Assembly (NCBI RefSeq): GCF_041956535.1
Contig: NW_027192203.1
Location: forward strand, 248,001 to 312,000
Direction of reading: 5' to 3'
Length of the DNA: 64,000 nt
Source: Calcarisporiella thermophila CBS 279.70
Taxonomy: Eukaryota; Fungi; Calcarisporiellomycota
Shown here: piece after piece, positions 63,472 through 64,000 of the stretch
Position numbering within the stretch: the stretch's first letter is position 1
Layout of the letters: every line of letters begins with the position of its first letter
The notes under the pieces: model-generated
Database searches by the model: none
What the model saw: only the letters and a program-made list of their open reading frames with translations
Told to the model about the DNA's origin: nothing
Position numbers and translations under genes: made by a program

Positions 63472-64000
63472 ATGAAGTTGCTTAATAATGATGAGGTGAA
63501 GAGACATAAAATATATAAATTTTGAACCAAATTACTTATTAAAATATTTGTTTTGTTATCAGTTTTTAGATCATTTAAACAAAATGTATGAAATTTCAAG
63601 AACAAGTGGTACAGTGTTTGTTACCATGAAACGATGTAAGTTTAATATTCCTTTCATCGATGATCTATTTCAAACTTTACATTTTATAATGATTATTAAT
63701 CACCTCTATTAGTACTTCCAAAACAGTCATCGGCCACCTCAGATGTCAACATGACAAGTAATCTGGAAGAAGATAATGAATATCAGTGTCTGGTGCGAGC
63801 TGTATTAAAAAAACATAAAATTAGCACATTAGTGAGCGTCAATATGTTTATATTCATAACTTGTTTATGTAGCTATATTTGTTTAATATTTTTAGGTACA
63901 ATCCTCGGATAGCGTGAGATTTCAAGGAGCTTATATGAACGTTTTAAGGACCAACTTGACAGCCCTTAAGAAAAAGGATAGAACAAAAGATAAAGAGCGA
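63472..64000 (+). CDS. SRP14: Signal recognition particle subunit SRP14 (3' end outside window)
   Basis: Hand-spliced: MKLLNNDE|FLDHLNKMY...GTVFVTMKR|...YQCLVRA..KKHKISTL|V...RFQGAYMNVLRTNLTALKKKDR. Confidence 0.9.

Overview
Gene-dense, intron-rich fungal chromosomal DNA. By inference it comes from an early-diverging (non-Dikarya, Mucoromycota/Zoopagomycota-like) species, judging by short GT-AG introns, a Zn2Cys6 factor, a KAT14/CSRP2BP homolog, METAP1D and a GT47 exostosin. I reconstructed 30 protein-coding genes by splicing exons by hand. Three of them (AP-3 mu, REV7, SRP14) are barely visible in the ORF track. Most genes are housekeeping: RPS13, VMA22, WSS1, MET2, FEN1, KCS1, REV7, NC2beta, a GRIP golgin, GID8, APA2, SGF29, CAF1, FAR11, MCM2 and SRP14. 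The one accessory-looking block (~12.65-18.2 kb) is a tandem duplication carrying two intronless paralogs of an unrecognised secreted precursor (Kex2-type sites, Cys motifs, E/K/Q-rich tail) plus a dead piece of MET2 exon 1. Other leads: a non-AUG, mitochondrial-presequence-like N-terminal extension on FEN1; ATAC-type KAT14 tail-to-tail with SGF29, with NC2beta nearby; a structured, possibly rRNA-mimicking intron in RPS13; and an identical 12-mer cell-cycle-like motif upstream of FEN1 and MCM2. I recognised no rRNA, tRNA, CRISPR array or intact transposon. All family calls come from motif recognition, not database searches.
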